Positions 1-7,263 of a DNA stretch of 13,248 nt are shown piece after piece. The position numbers were made by a program, and so were the translations under genes. Positions within the stretch are counted from its first letter, which is position 1; each line of letters starts with the position of its first letter. The DNA comes from a bacterium (GTDB lineage Bacteria; Babelota; Babeliae; Babelales; JABCYS01): the NCBI GenBank assembly GCA_027452085.1, contig DAIDHG010000001.1, positions 33,441-46,688 on the forward strand, read 5' to 3'. The notes below the pieces were generated by a model. It saw only the letters and a program-made list of their open reading frames with translations. It made no database searches and was not told the DNA's origin.

Positions 1-773
1 GCTTTTGGTTCAAGATCAGACTTTAAAACAATTTTAGGAAGGCGTGCCATATTGCCATGACGATCAGACCATAATTCCTGTTCAAGGCCGGTGACCGAAT
101 CTGGCGAAATTAAAACAATAAGTGCATTTTCTGGGATATAGATCATCCCATTTTTGGTGCCGAGCTCGGTGCGCGAAATAATCCATGGCTTTTGTTCTTT
201 TTTTTCATGGTGCGCTGGGCTAATCAATGCGGGAGCTGCATATACCGGATTGCGTTGGATGACGAAGGATTTGTATGGAGTTTTTGCATCAAATGCCAAT
301 CCCGCAATAGTGTTTGCATCATCTTCATGAGCCGAAACTGGTTTGATCGAAGCGAGCGTAAAAATTACATGCAGTATCTGTTGTGAGGCAAAGGGATCAT
401 GTAATTGATAAGCGCCATGGGTAATATCAATGCGCAAACCATTATAAAAGGCTACAAAGGTTGGATTTTCGGTAATGCCCATTGGTATGGACAAGGAGCC
501 GACCAATGTTTTTGGCGGTGGCCCATCGTATTGAGGGTTCTGATGCGGCACAAAAACCGGAGGCACAGTAATCGGTGCTTGCGCTAGAGTCGGCGGTTGC
601 TGGCGCACCTCTTGCCGCGGTGGCATCATAGGCCGAACGAGTTGCTGCTGACGTGGTCGTGCGACAGGAGGAAAATTATCTAAAAAGGGCATCCGCTGCT
701 GTGGCGGAAAGCCGCGAGTGGTAAGAACTGTTGGCGCAAATAATAGTAAAGTAATCAATATTCGTTGGATCAT
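1..773 (-). CDS. Hypothetical secreted protein, runs off the left window edge (signal peptide, Pro/Gln-rich region, globular domain); not in the supplied ORF track
   Basis: Manual translation: ATG at 773-771 preceded by SD AAGGAG; 257 codons open to the edge: MIQRILITLLLFAPTVLTTRGFPPQQRMPFLDNFPPVARPRQQQLVRPMMPPRQEVRQQPP...IPENALIVLISPDSVTGLEQELWSDRHGNMARLPKIVLKSDLEPK. Confidence 0.85.
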   Translation of the reverse strand, partial: MIQRILITLLLFAPTVLTTRGFPPQQRMPFLDNFPPVARPRQQQLVRPMMPPRQEVRQQPPTLAQAPITVPPVFVPHQNPQYDGPPPKTLVGSLSIPMGITENPTFVAFYNGLRIDITHGAYQLHDPFASQQILHVIFTLASIKPVSAHEDDANTIAGLAFDAKTPYKSFVIQRNPVYAAPALISPAHHEKKEQKPWIISRTELGTKNGMIYIPENALIVLISPDSVTGLEQELWSDRHGNMARLPKIVLKSDLEPK

Positions 774-855
774 GTTGCTCCTTCTTAATACCTGGTACTA
801 TAAGGAAGAAGAAAGGTATACCAAACCAACGAAAGCTACAAATTTAGGCTCGCCG

Positions 856-1311
856 ATGTCGATTAAAGTTCTCGCTCAAAATAAAAAAGCTCTTTTTGAT
901 TATGAAATCCTCGATCGTCTTGAGGCTGGCATCGTGTTAACTGGCAATGAGGTTAAATCAGCCCGAGCCGGTCATGTTTCATTGGTAGGCGCCTTTGGCA
1001 ATATCCATCAAGGTGAACTTTTTCTTATCAATTGTACTATCTCTCCCTACAGCCATGCGGCCGAGCATAAAAAGGGTGAAGAGTCGCGATCACGCAAATT
1101 GCTGATTCACAAAAGGGAAATTAATCGGCTTATCGGTGATATTTCACGCAAAGGCGTAACCTTGGTTGCGTTGAAAATGTATCTAAATGACAAGAACCGA
1201 ATCAAGGTGGAGATTGGTATCGCTAAACATAAAAAAGCGGCAAGTAAAAAGGCTGCCCTTAAAGAGCGCGACATAAGACGCGAGACCGAACGTGTTTGGC
1301 GCGGCCGATAA
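856..1311 (+). CDS. smpB: SsrA-binding protein SmpB (151 aa)
   Basis: Motifs NKKALFDYEI, EAGIVLTGNEVKS, RSRKLLIHKREI, KGVTLVALKMY, KVEIGIAK. The start is most likely ATG 856 (MSIKVLAQNKK); the track start at 718 overlaps the divergent gene. ssrA lies under 1 kb away. Confidence 0.97.
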   Translation: MSIKVLAQNKKALFDYEILDRLEAGIVLTGNEVKSARAGHVSLVGAFGNIHQGELFLINCTISPYSHAAEHKKGEESRSRKLLIHKREINRLIGDISRKGVTLVALKMYLNDKNRIKVEIGIAKHKKAASKKAALKERDIRRETERVWRGR

Positions 1312-1372
1312 AATTCCCAGCCCATCTATAGCCTTTTATTGTATTCAAGGCACTTTTTCCGCACCTCATCTC

Positions 1373-1402
1373 TTGCATACGCATTACAGCCTGAGATAAA
1401 AT
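1373..1402 (+). promoter_or_regulatory. Putative sigma70 promoter for the glycine-rich gene
   Basis: TTGCAT (1373-1378), 18 nt, TAAAAT (1397-1402); SD AGGAG at 1437-1441 before ATG 1451. Confidence 0.4.
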
Positions 1403-1450
1403 CATAATTATTAAATTCTATATTTAGTCTCTAAAAAGGAGAAAAGGGAA

Positions 1451-2116
1451 ATGATGAAGAAACGTTTAATGATTGTGCTGAGCGCACTTCTGGCGCTTTC
1501 GAGCATGCCAGCATTTGCACGTGGCGGTGGCGGCGGCTTTGGTGGTGGTGGTCGCGGTGGTTTTGGCGGTGGTGGCTTTGGTGGCGGTCGTGGTGGTTTT
1601 GGCGGTGGCCGTGGCTGGGCCGGCGGCGGTTGGGGAGGCCGTGGTGGCTGGGGAGGCCGAGGTTGGGGTGGTCGTGGCTTTGGTGGCTGGGGTCGCGGCG
1701 GTTGGGGCTGGCGTGGCGGCTGGGGCTTTGGTCGTTGGGGCAATGCCTTCTGGTGGAACCCATGGTTGAGCTGGTGGGGTGGTATAGGTCTTGGCCTATG
1801 GAGCCCATTATGGTTGAGCTGGGCATATCCAGCATGGTGGAGCAGTTATCCTGATTGGTATACCGATTACGGTATGCCATATGATCAGATGGTTTCTCTC
1901 GCGCAACAAAAGCGTTGGGATGAGATGATGTCGAAATATGACACCGCTCTGAACAAACTGCAAAACGTGCCTGACCAGGCGACGCGCGCTCAACGAGAAG
2001 AACAAATCTTCAAGGACATGGCTTGGGTACAAGCCAAGGAAACTGGCAAGAAGCCAGAGGCAATGCAAACAGAGCCTGAAGAGGATTATGATTCTGGTTA
2101 TTATTACGAATACTAA
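1451..2116 (+). CDS. Secreted glycine-rich protein: signal peptide, RGG/FGG and GW/WG repeats, Trp-rich segment, helical and acidic C-terminus
   Basis: SD AGGAG; Sec signal MMKKRLMIVLSALLALSSMPAFA (AFA cleavage site); about 70-aa Gly-rich tract; WWNPWLSWWGG...YPAWWSSYPDWY; terminator directly after the stop. Confidence 0.9.
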   Translation: MMKKRLMIVLSALLALSSMPAFARGGGGGFGGGGRGGFGGGGFGGGRGGFGGGRGWAGGGWGGRGGWGGRGWGGRGFGGWGRGGWGWRGGWGFGRWGNAFWWNPWLSWWGGIGLGLWSPLWLSWAYPAWWSSYPDWYTDYGMPYDQMVSLAQQKRWDEMMSKYDTALNKLQNVPDQATRAQREEQIFKDMAWVQAKETGKKPEAMQTEPEEDYDSGYYYEY

Positions 2117-2130
2117 TATATAGAAAACAG

Positions 2131-2172
2131 AAAAGCTGCTGTTTAGATTGAGTTCTAAACGGCAGCTTTTTT
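2131..2172. terminator. Bidirectional intrinsic terminator between the glycine-rich gene and ssrA
   Basis: AAAAGCTGCTGTTTAGA-ttgagt-TCTAAACGGCAGCTTTT(TT): 17-bp stem with one non-Watson-Crick pair, A-tract and T-tract flanks, between convergent genes. Confidence 0.9.
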
Positions 2173-2175
2173 ATT

Positions 2176-2540
2176 TGGAGGTGACGGGAATTGAACCCGT
2201 GTCCGCACTACAACACACATAAAGCGCTACATGCTTATTCCTTACTTATACTACGTGACAACCACAAGGACATGGTATTACCACGTAGCTGGTTTAGTTT
2301 ACGAACAACATACGAAACCAAAAAATCTCAGTTGCAAGTTCCATCTTGATTAATTCGAGTGAGACCAACTGATAGACACGTCAGTCAAACAAGAGTTCTA
2401 GTTCGTTTAAGCGAAAGCTAGAGCTGGTGAGACTTGATAGTCTGCACTTATTGTTTTTGAACAATTGTTTTACGAGCACTTGTCCAACGCTCGGCATGCT
2501 CCCTATCTGTATCACAACACGTCGAAACCGTGACACCCCC
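2176..2540 (-). ncRNA. ssrA: tmRNA (SsrA), one-piece, about 365 nt, 3' CCA not encoded
   Basis: 5' end GGGGGTGTCACGGTTTCGAC; 3' end GGACACGGGTTCAATTCCCGTCACCTCCA. Acceptor stem GGGGGUG/CACCUCC with G3.U alanine determinant; T-arm ACGGG-TTCAATT-CCCGT; GCATG/CATGT helix; pk1 GAGC/GCTC plus TTGGACAA/TTGTTCAA; AATAAGT before the GCA resume codon. Confidence 0.97.
2407..2445 (-). other. tmRNA tag reading frame: (A)ADYQVSPALAFA*
   Basis: After pk1 and AATAAGT: GCA GAC TAT CAA GTC TCA CCA GCT CTA GCT TTC GCT TAA. Confidence 0.88.
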
Positions 2541-2564
2541 GAAAATTTCAATTTTGATGATTTC

Positions 2565-2592
2565 ATTGTAGTTGATACTGGCTTGCTGTCAA
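2565..2592 (-). promoter_or_regulatory. sigma70-type promoter of ssrA
   Basis: Minus strand TTGACA (2592-2587), 16 nt, TACAAT (2570-2565); gives a leader of about 18 nt before the mature 5' G at 2540, compatible with RNase P processing. Confidence 0.75.
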
Positions 2593-2705
2593 AAGGGTTG
2601 CAAACCCACCCTCTGAGTATAGGCTGCTGAGCAGCGTAAAGGTCAATCATATTGTAAGAGGTAAGCCTATTGGTATAGACTGAAGCTATTGTTTAAAGGA
2701 TTCAT

Positions 2706-3899
2706 ATGCTATCGCTTACCAACATCCGTAGAAACTGGCAGGCCGGATTAACGGTTGCTTTGGTCTCTATACCGCTCTCAATTTCTCTCGCTATTGCCTC
2801 GCACGCAACCCCGTTGATGGGTGTCATTACCGCAGTGTGGGCAGGATTAGTAGGCGCGATGCTGGGTGGCACCAATTACAACATCGTTGGACCAACGGGT
2901 GCATTATCAGGATCAATTGCTGCCATTGCGATCATGTATGGCGTATCGGCCTTGCCAACGCTGGCGATCTTAACCGGTATTTTCATTGCTATTGCCTTTT
3001 ATCTGCAGATGGATAGATTGATTGTTTATGTGCCTCATGGCGTTATGCATGGGTTTACGCTTGCGGTAGGCATAATAATCGGTCTTGGGCAATTAAATTT
3101 TGCACTCGGTGTGCAGGTGCCGCCGCAGAAATATTTTTTTGATTCACTGCTCGCCACTATTGCGCGTATTGCTGATGTGTATCTGCCGGCATTCTTTACC
3201 TTCTTATTATTTTTTGCGCTCATACTGTTTTTATGGCGTCGACTTCCCCAGTTACCTCCATTAGTGGTGATTACACCAATTGGCATTCTATTCGGCCTGA
3301 TGATCCACGGCATGAATCCTTATATGCTGGAAACTATTGGCACAAAATTTGGTTCGAGCACAGCAGCACTCTTGAGCTTTTCTACGTTGACCTTTGATTT
3401 CCATATGCTTGTGCCAGCGCTTGGCATTGCTTTCATTGCTATATTAGAAACATTGATTTCAGCAAAACTTGCCGATCATTTAACGCATACAACGCATGAT
3501 GCTCACAAAGAGCTTATCGGACTGAGTTTGGCAAATATAGCAGCGGGGGTGTTTGGTGGATTTCCAGCGACGGCAGCTTTGGCCAGAACTTCATTAAATA
3601 TTAAAAGTGGTGCTACCAATCGTATGGCTGGTATTGAAAGCAGCCTCTGTATTGCAGTGATTTCATTGCTGTTTTTACCGTGGTTTTCGTATCTGCCCTT
3701 GCCGGTGGTGGCGGCGATGTTACTTTTTCTTTCTATACGCATGATCGAACATGAGCATTTTGTGCATATGTGGCATACTGATCGGTCAGAATGTTTGCTA
3801 GCGCTTTTTGTTGCGGTAGTATGCATAGTTGAAGAACCAGTGACTGGTATTCTATTGGGCTCACTTGTTGCGTGGGCCATGAAGCGACCAACGCATTAA
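2706..3899 (+). CDS. SulP/SLC26-family inorganic anion transporter without a STAS domain
   Basis: AGLTVALVSIPLSISLAIAS, GPTGAL, KELIGLSLANIAAGVFGGFPATAALARTSLNIKSGA; SD AAAGGA; ends right after the last transmembrane helix. Confidence 0.93.
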   Translation: MLSLTNIRRNWQAGLTVALVSIPLSISLAIASHATPLMGVITAVWAGLVGAMLGGTNYNIVGPTGALSGSIAAIAIMYGVSALPTLAILTGIFIAIAFYLQMDRLIVYVPHGVMHGFTLAVGIIIGLGQLNFALGVQVPPQKYFFDSLLATIARIADVYLPAFFTFLLFFALILFLWRRLPQLPPLVVITPIGILFGLMIHGMNPYMLETIGTKFGSSTAALLSFSTLTFDFHMLVPALGIAFIAILETLISAKLADHLTHTTHDAHKELIGLSLANIAAGVFGGFPATAALARTSLNIKSGATNRMAGIESSLCIAVISLLFLPWFSYLPLPVVAAMLLFLSIRMIEHEHFVHMWHTDRSECLLALFVAVVCIVEEPVTGILLGSLVAWAMKRPTH

Positions 3900-3919
3900 C
3901 CACAATAATTTAAATAACA

Positions 3920-4504
3920 ATGATCAATGAAAATCACCTATATTTTGTAACAACGAATCACGGCAAATTTGAGGAAGTGCAGCGTTGGCTTGCGCAAGTG
4001 GCGCCCAATATACAGCTTGAGCAAGCGCCGCTTGATCCGCCAGAAATACAATCACTTGATTTGCAAGAGGTTATTACAGCAAAAGCCGAAGTGATCTGGC
4101 CACTCATTAAAGCGCCGTTTCTGGTTGATGACGGCGGTATTTATTTGGACGGCTATAACAATTTCCCCGGCACCTTATCAAAATATGTGTATCAAGGCAT
4201 TGGCTTAGATGGTTTTTGGAAGCTGGCAAAGGATAATCCGCGTGGCTATTTCTTGTCGATGTTGGCCTATATGCACGGCCCGGCGGAGATTCAATATTTT
4301 GAGGGAAAATGCGTTGGCGGTTTTATTGCACCAACTGAAGAGATTAAACAACATCCATCGCTGCCATATACTAAGCTTTTGGTGCCAGATGGTTCAAAAA
4401 ATACCTTAGCACATTTACGCGGCACTGAAGAAGAGAAGAAGTTTCATCATCGCTACCAAGCGGTTACACAGTTTGCTCATTGGTGGCTGCAGAGAAAGAA
4501 GTAG
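3920..4504 (+). CDS. Ham1/RdgB (ITPase) family non-canonical purine NTP pyrophosphatase, divergent
   Basis: FVTTNHGKFEEV, EIQ, KA, PFLVDDGG, FPGTLSK, FEGKCVG; C-terminal HHR where the family has SHR. Confidence 0.88.
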   Translation: MINENHLYFVTTNHGKFEEVQRWLAQVAPNIQLEQAPLDPPEIQSLDLQEVITAKAEVIWPLIKAPFLVDDGGIYLDGYNNFPGTLSKYVYQGIGLDGFWKLAKDNPRGYFLSMLAYMHGPAEIQYFEGKCVGGFIAPTEEIKQHPSLPYTKLLVPDGSKNTLAHLRGTEEEKKFHHRYQAVTQFAHWWLQRKK

Positions 4505-4505
4505 T

Positions 4506-7202
4506 ATGCAATTTAATGAATTATCGTCCCCAGAGATTGCCACCCAATTAAAGAGCTCTTTGGCGCAGGGGTTAACCAACGAAGAAGCGGCACGCCGCCT
4601 CAAAGAGTATGGGTTAAATCGTTTGCCTGAGCATAAAGCGCCTTCACTATTCATTATCTTTTTACATCAATTTCAAAATCCCCTTATTTATATTTTATTG
4701 TTTGCTGCAGCCATCATTTTTTTCCTTGGCGTTCCCAGTGATGCGTTCATTATTAGCGGTGTTTTGATATTCAATGCCTGTATTGGCACTATCCAAGAAG
4801 GCCGCACGCAGAATCTGCTTGGCAGTTTGCAGAAATTAATGGGAGGTTCGGCTGTTATTGTGCGTGAAGGCAAAAAAAGTATTGTGAAAGATTCAGAGAT
4901 TGTGCCAGGCGATGTGGTCGAACTGCGGGAAGGCGATCGCGTGCCTGCAGATATACATCTTTTTAGTTGCCAAAACCTGCAAATCGATGAAGCGATTTTA
5001 ACCGGCGAATCGCAACCGGTGAGAAAAGAGGTGGCGAGCGAACAGAATATGGCATTTTCAGGTACCCATGTATTAACTGGCATGGGCTTAGGCATGGTGA
5101 TTGCCACCGGCTCGCAGACAGAAATTGGCAAAATACATCGTGAAATCGCTGGCATCTCCACGGAGATTCCGCTTAAGGAAGAGCTTGAAGATCTTTCCTA
5201 TAAAATTCTGTGGGTGATTCTTGGTTTATGCGCATGCCTTTTTGTGGTTGGCATGATGAGCGGGCGCCCCTTTTGTGATTTGCTCAGTATGTTGACCGCG
5301 CTTTTCATCTGCGTGGTGCCAGAGGGTTTGCCGGTAGTTTTGACTCTTGTCTTGGTGACTGGTGCCTATCGCATGGCAAAGTCAAATGTATTAGTAAAAC
5401 AGTTGCAGGGTGTCGATACGCTGGGGCGCACTGATGTTGTCTTCATCGATAAAACAGGCACGCTCACGCGCAATGAGCTGATGGTACATAAATTATACAT
5501 CCCTTCAGCGGGTGTTTTTTGCACCGTAACGGGCAATGGCTACTTTGCGCGCGGTGAAATTTTGTGTGAGAAGAATGCGAATATGCCGAAGGAGGTCATT
5601 GCCAAAATCGGCATTGCCAGCTCATTATTGGGCTCAGCTGTCATACATTTTGAAAAAGAAACCAATAGCTTTTCTATTGAAGGTGATCCCATTAATGCTG
5701 CTTTGCAAATCTTTGGTAGAAAATTTGCCCGTGCTTATCCCGATCCTTCGATACATTTCGCTGCGCGAAACACTCAGGATGAGCGGGATGAAGCAAAACG
5801 CATCGAGGGACGCAACATTCATGATGAGCAACATCACTCAGATATTACCTATCAATTAATTGCAGAAATTCCGTTCGATCCAGTTCTTGGGTATCACGCT
5901 GGTTGGTTTGCACATGGCAATGAACTGGTTTGCTTTGCCATTGGTTCTCCTGAAAAAATCATGGCATGTGGTGACCATAGCTTTGACCCTGCCCCGTTAA
6001 ACCAGTTGCTCAATGAGGGTTTGCGTGTAGTGTCCTGTGCATTTAAAACAGCGCCGGAATCGATGCGCGCTGAAATCATGGCAGATCCAAAACGTTATAT
6101 TCAACAGCTGCAGCTCCTTGGCTTTATAGGCATGCAAGATACCATACGGCCTGATGTCCGCGGGATGATCGAGCAAGCGCGCACGGCTGGTATACGGGTT
6201 ATCATGGCAACTGGTGACCACGAAAAAACGGCTCTGTATGTTGCACGGCAAGTAGGGCTCTATCGTGAAGGAGATGAAATAGTCACTGGTGCTGAAATTG
6301 ATCAGCTTTCTGAGGCAGAGCTGGTGCGCGGTATTGAGCATGTTACGGTGTATGCTCGCGTAACGCCATTGCAAAAATTGCGCCTCGTGCAAACGTGGCA
6401 AAAGTTAGGAAAAGTAGTCGCCATGACGGGTGATGGCGTGAATGATGCTCCTTCACTTGTGGCTGCTGATGTTGGATTAGCTATGGGGATGATCGGCACT
6501 GATGTAGCTAAAGAAGCGGCCGACATTGTGCTCCTTGATGATTCATTTGCCAACGTTATGAATGCGATCAAGCAAGGGCGCCACATTATCTATTCATTGC
6601 GTCGCGTCATTTTATATTTCTTTGCAACCAATGCCGGCGAAGTATTAGTTGTTCTTTTTGCGCTGATGCTGAATAAGCCATTGCCCATTTTAGCCGCACA
6701 AATTTTGTGGCTCAATTTAGTAACCGATGGTTTTTTAGACATTGCCTTGGCCATGGAGCCACAAGAAGCTGATTTATTACAGCAGCCTCGCAAACGATTT
6801 ACCTTAATTGATCGCAACCTGGTTATTAAAATGTTGTATATGGCTCTGCCGATGGGCATTGGTTCCATGATAGTATTTGAGATGTATGCCGATGATCTTG
6901 CCAAAGCACGTACGATGACGCTCGTTACCATGGCAATGTATCAATGGTTTAATGCCTGGAATTGCAGATCGGAGCGAAAATCTATTTTTGAAATCGGTTG
7001 GTTCAGTAACAGATGGTTTTTGGCTGCTTCAGCGTTGGTTGGCCTGCTGCAAGTCTTGGTCGTATATATGCCATTGCTACGAAATATTTTCCATACCGTA
7101 CCGATAACAGTTGAGGATTTTGGCTTTATTTTGTTAATCACCTGCCCGTTATTAATTATTGAAGAAATACGGAAACTACTGGTGAGAAAATTTCAGGCCT
7201 AA
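4506..7202 (+). CDS. Cation-transporting P-type ATPase, P2A (Ca2+, SERCA-like) type
   Basis: GLTNEEAARRLKEYGLN, GDRVPAD, LTGES, PEGLP, DKTGTLT phosphorylation site, TGD, TGDGVNDAPSL, TNAGE, LWLNLVTDG. Likely start ATG 4506, 1 nt after the upstream stop. Confidence 0.95.
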   Translation: MQFNELSSPEIATQLKSSLAQGLTNEEAARRLKEYGLNRLPEHKAPSLFIIFLHQFQNPLIYILLFAAAIIFFLGVPSDAFIISGVLIFNACIGTIQEGRTQNLLGSLQKLMGGSAVIVREGKKSIVKDSEIVPGDVVELREGDRVPADIHLFSCQNLQIDEAILTGESQPVRKEVASEQNMAFSGTHVLTGMGLGMVIATGSQTEIGKIHREIAGISTEIPLKEELEDLSYKILWVILGLCACLFVVGMMSGRPFCDLLSMLTALFICVVPEGLPVVLTLVLVTGAYRMAKSNVLVKQLQGVDTLGRTDVVFIDKTGTLTRNELMVHKLYIPSAGVFCTVTGNGYFARGEILCEKNANMPKEVIAKIGIASSLLGSAVIHFEKETNSFSIEGDPINAALQIFGRKFARAYPDPSIHFAARNTQDERDEAKRIEGRNIHDEQHHSDITYQLIAEIPFDPVLGYHAGWFAHGNELVCFAIGSPEKIMACGDHSFDPAPLNQLLNEGLRVVSCAFKTAPESMRAEIMADPKRYIQQLQLLGFIGMQDTIRPDVRGMIEQARTAGIRVIMATGDHEKTALYVARQVGLYREGDEIVTGAEIDQLSEAELVRGIEHVTVYARVTPLQKLRLVQTWQKLGKVVAMTGDGVNDAPSLVAADVGLAMGMIGTDVAKEAADIVLLDDSFANVMNAIKQGRHIIYSLRRVILYFFATNAGEVLVVLFALMLNKPLPILAAQILWLNLVTDGFLDIALAMEPQEADLLQQPRKRFTLIDRNLVIKMLYMALPMGIGSMIVFEMYADDLAKARTMTLVTMAMYQWFNAWNCRSERKSIFEIGWFSNRWFLAASALVGLLQVLVVYMPLLRNIFHTVPITVEDFGFILLITCPLLIIEEIRKLLVRKFQA
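5733..5810. repeat. Palindromic REP/RPE-like element in frame within the ATPase coding sequence
   Basis: Several inverted repeats: ATCCCG (5737-42)/CGGGAT (5784-89); TCCTTCGAT (5744-52)/ATCGAGGGA (5802-10); TTTCGC-tgc-GCGAAA (5756-70); CTCA-gga-TGAG (5773-83). Coincides with about 30 extra residues in an N-domain loop. Confidence 0.7.
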
Positions 7203-7208
7203 GGCAAC

Positions 7209-7237
7209 AAAAAACCCCGGTCTGCAAACCGGGGTTT
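7209..7237. terminator. Bidirectional intrinsic terminator between the ATPase and the Cys-rich gene
   Basis: AAACCCCGGT-ctgcaa-ACCGGGGTTT, perfect 10-bp stem, A-tract upstream and T-rich downstream, between convergent genes. Confidence 0.88.
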
Positions 7238-7263
7238 AATTTTATCTGATCAAAAAACCAAAT

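Noticed and set aside
718..855. 46-aa N-terminal extension of SmpB in the ORF track
   Set aside because: Overlaps the start of the divergent gene and the intergenic region; SmpB homology begins at ATG 856.
1520..1745. GGT/GGC-rich tract as a non-coding tandem repeat or G-quadruplex element
   Set aside because: Explained by glycine codons with varied third positions.
1411..1880. Pro-rich and His/Arg-rich antisense ORFs (1411-1743, 1431-1880) and alternate-frame ORFs (1515-1769, 1630-1854)
   Set aside because: Shadows of the GGN-rich glycine repeat, which lacks stops in other frames; only the 1451 frame has SD, signal peptide and terminator.
1312..2200. Genomic island integrated at the ssrA 3' end carrying the glycine-rich gene
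   Set aside because: No integrase and no duplicated ssrA 3' fragment seen in the window.
2176..2540. Permuted two-piece or intron-containing tmRNA
   Set aside because: The 5' and 3' tRNA-like ends are in standard order, the T-loop is intact and the length is normal.
2381..2650. ORFs 2381-2650 (-) and 2427-2630 (+)
   Set aside because: They overlap the tmRNA and its promoter and show no protein features.
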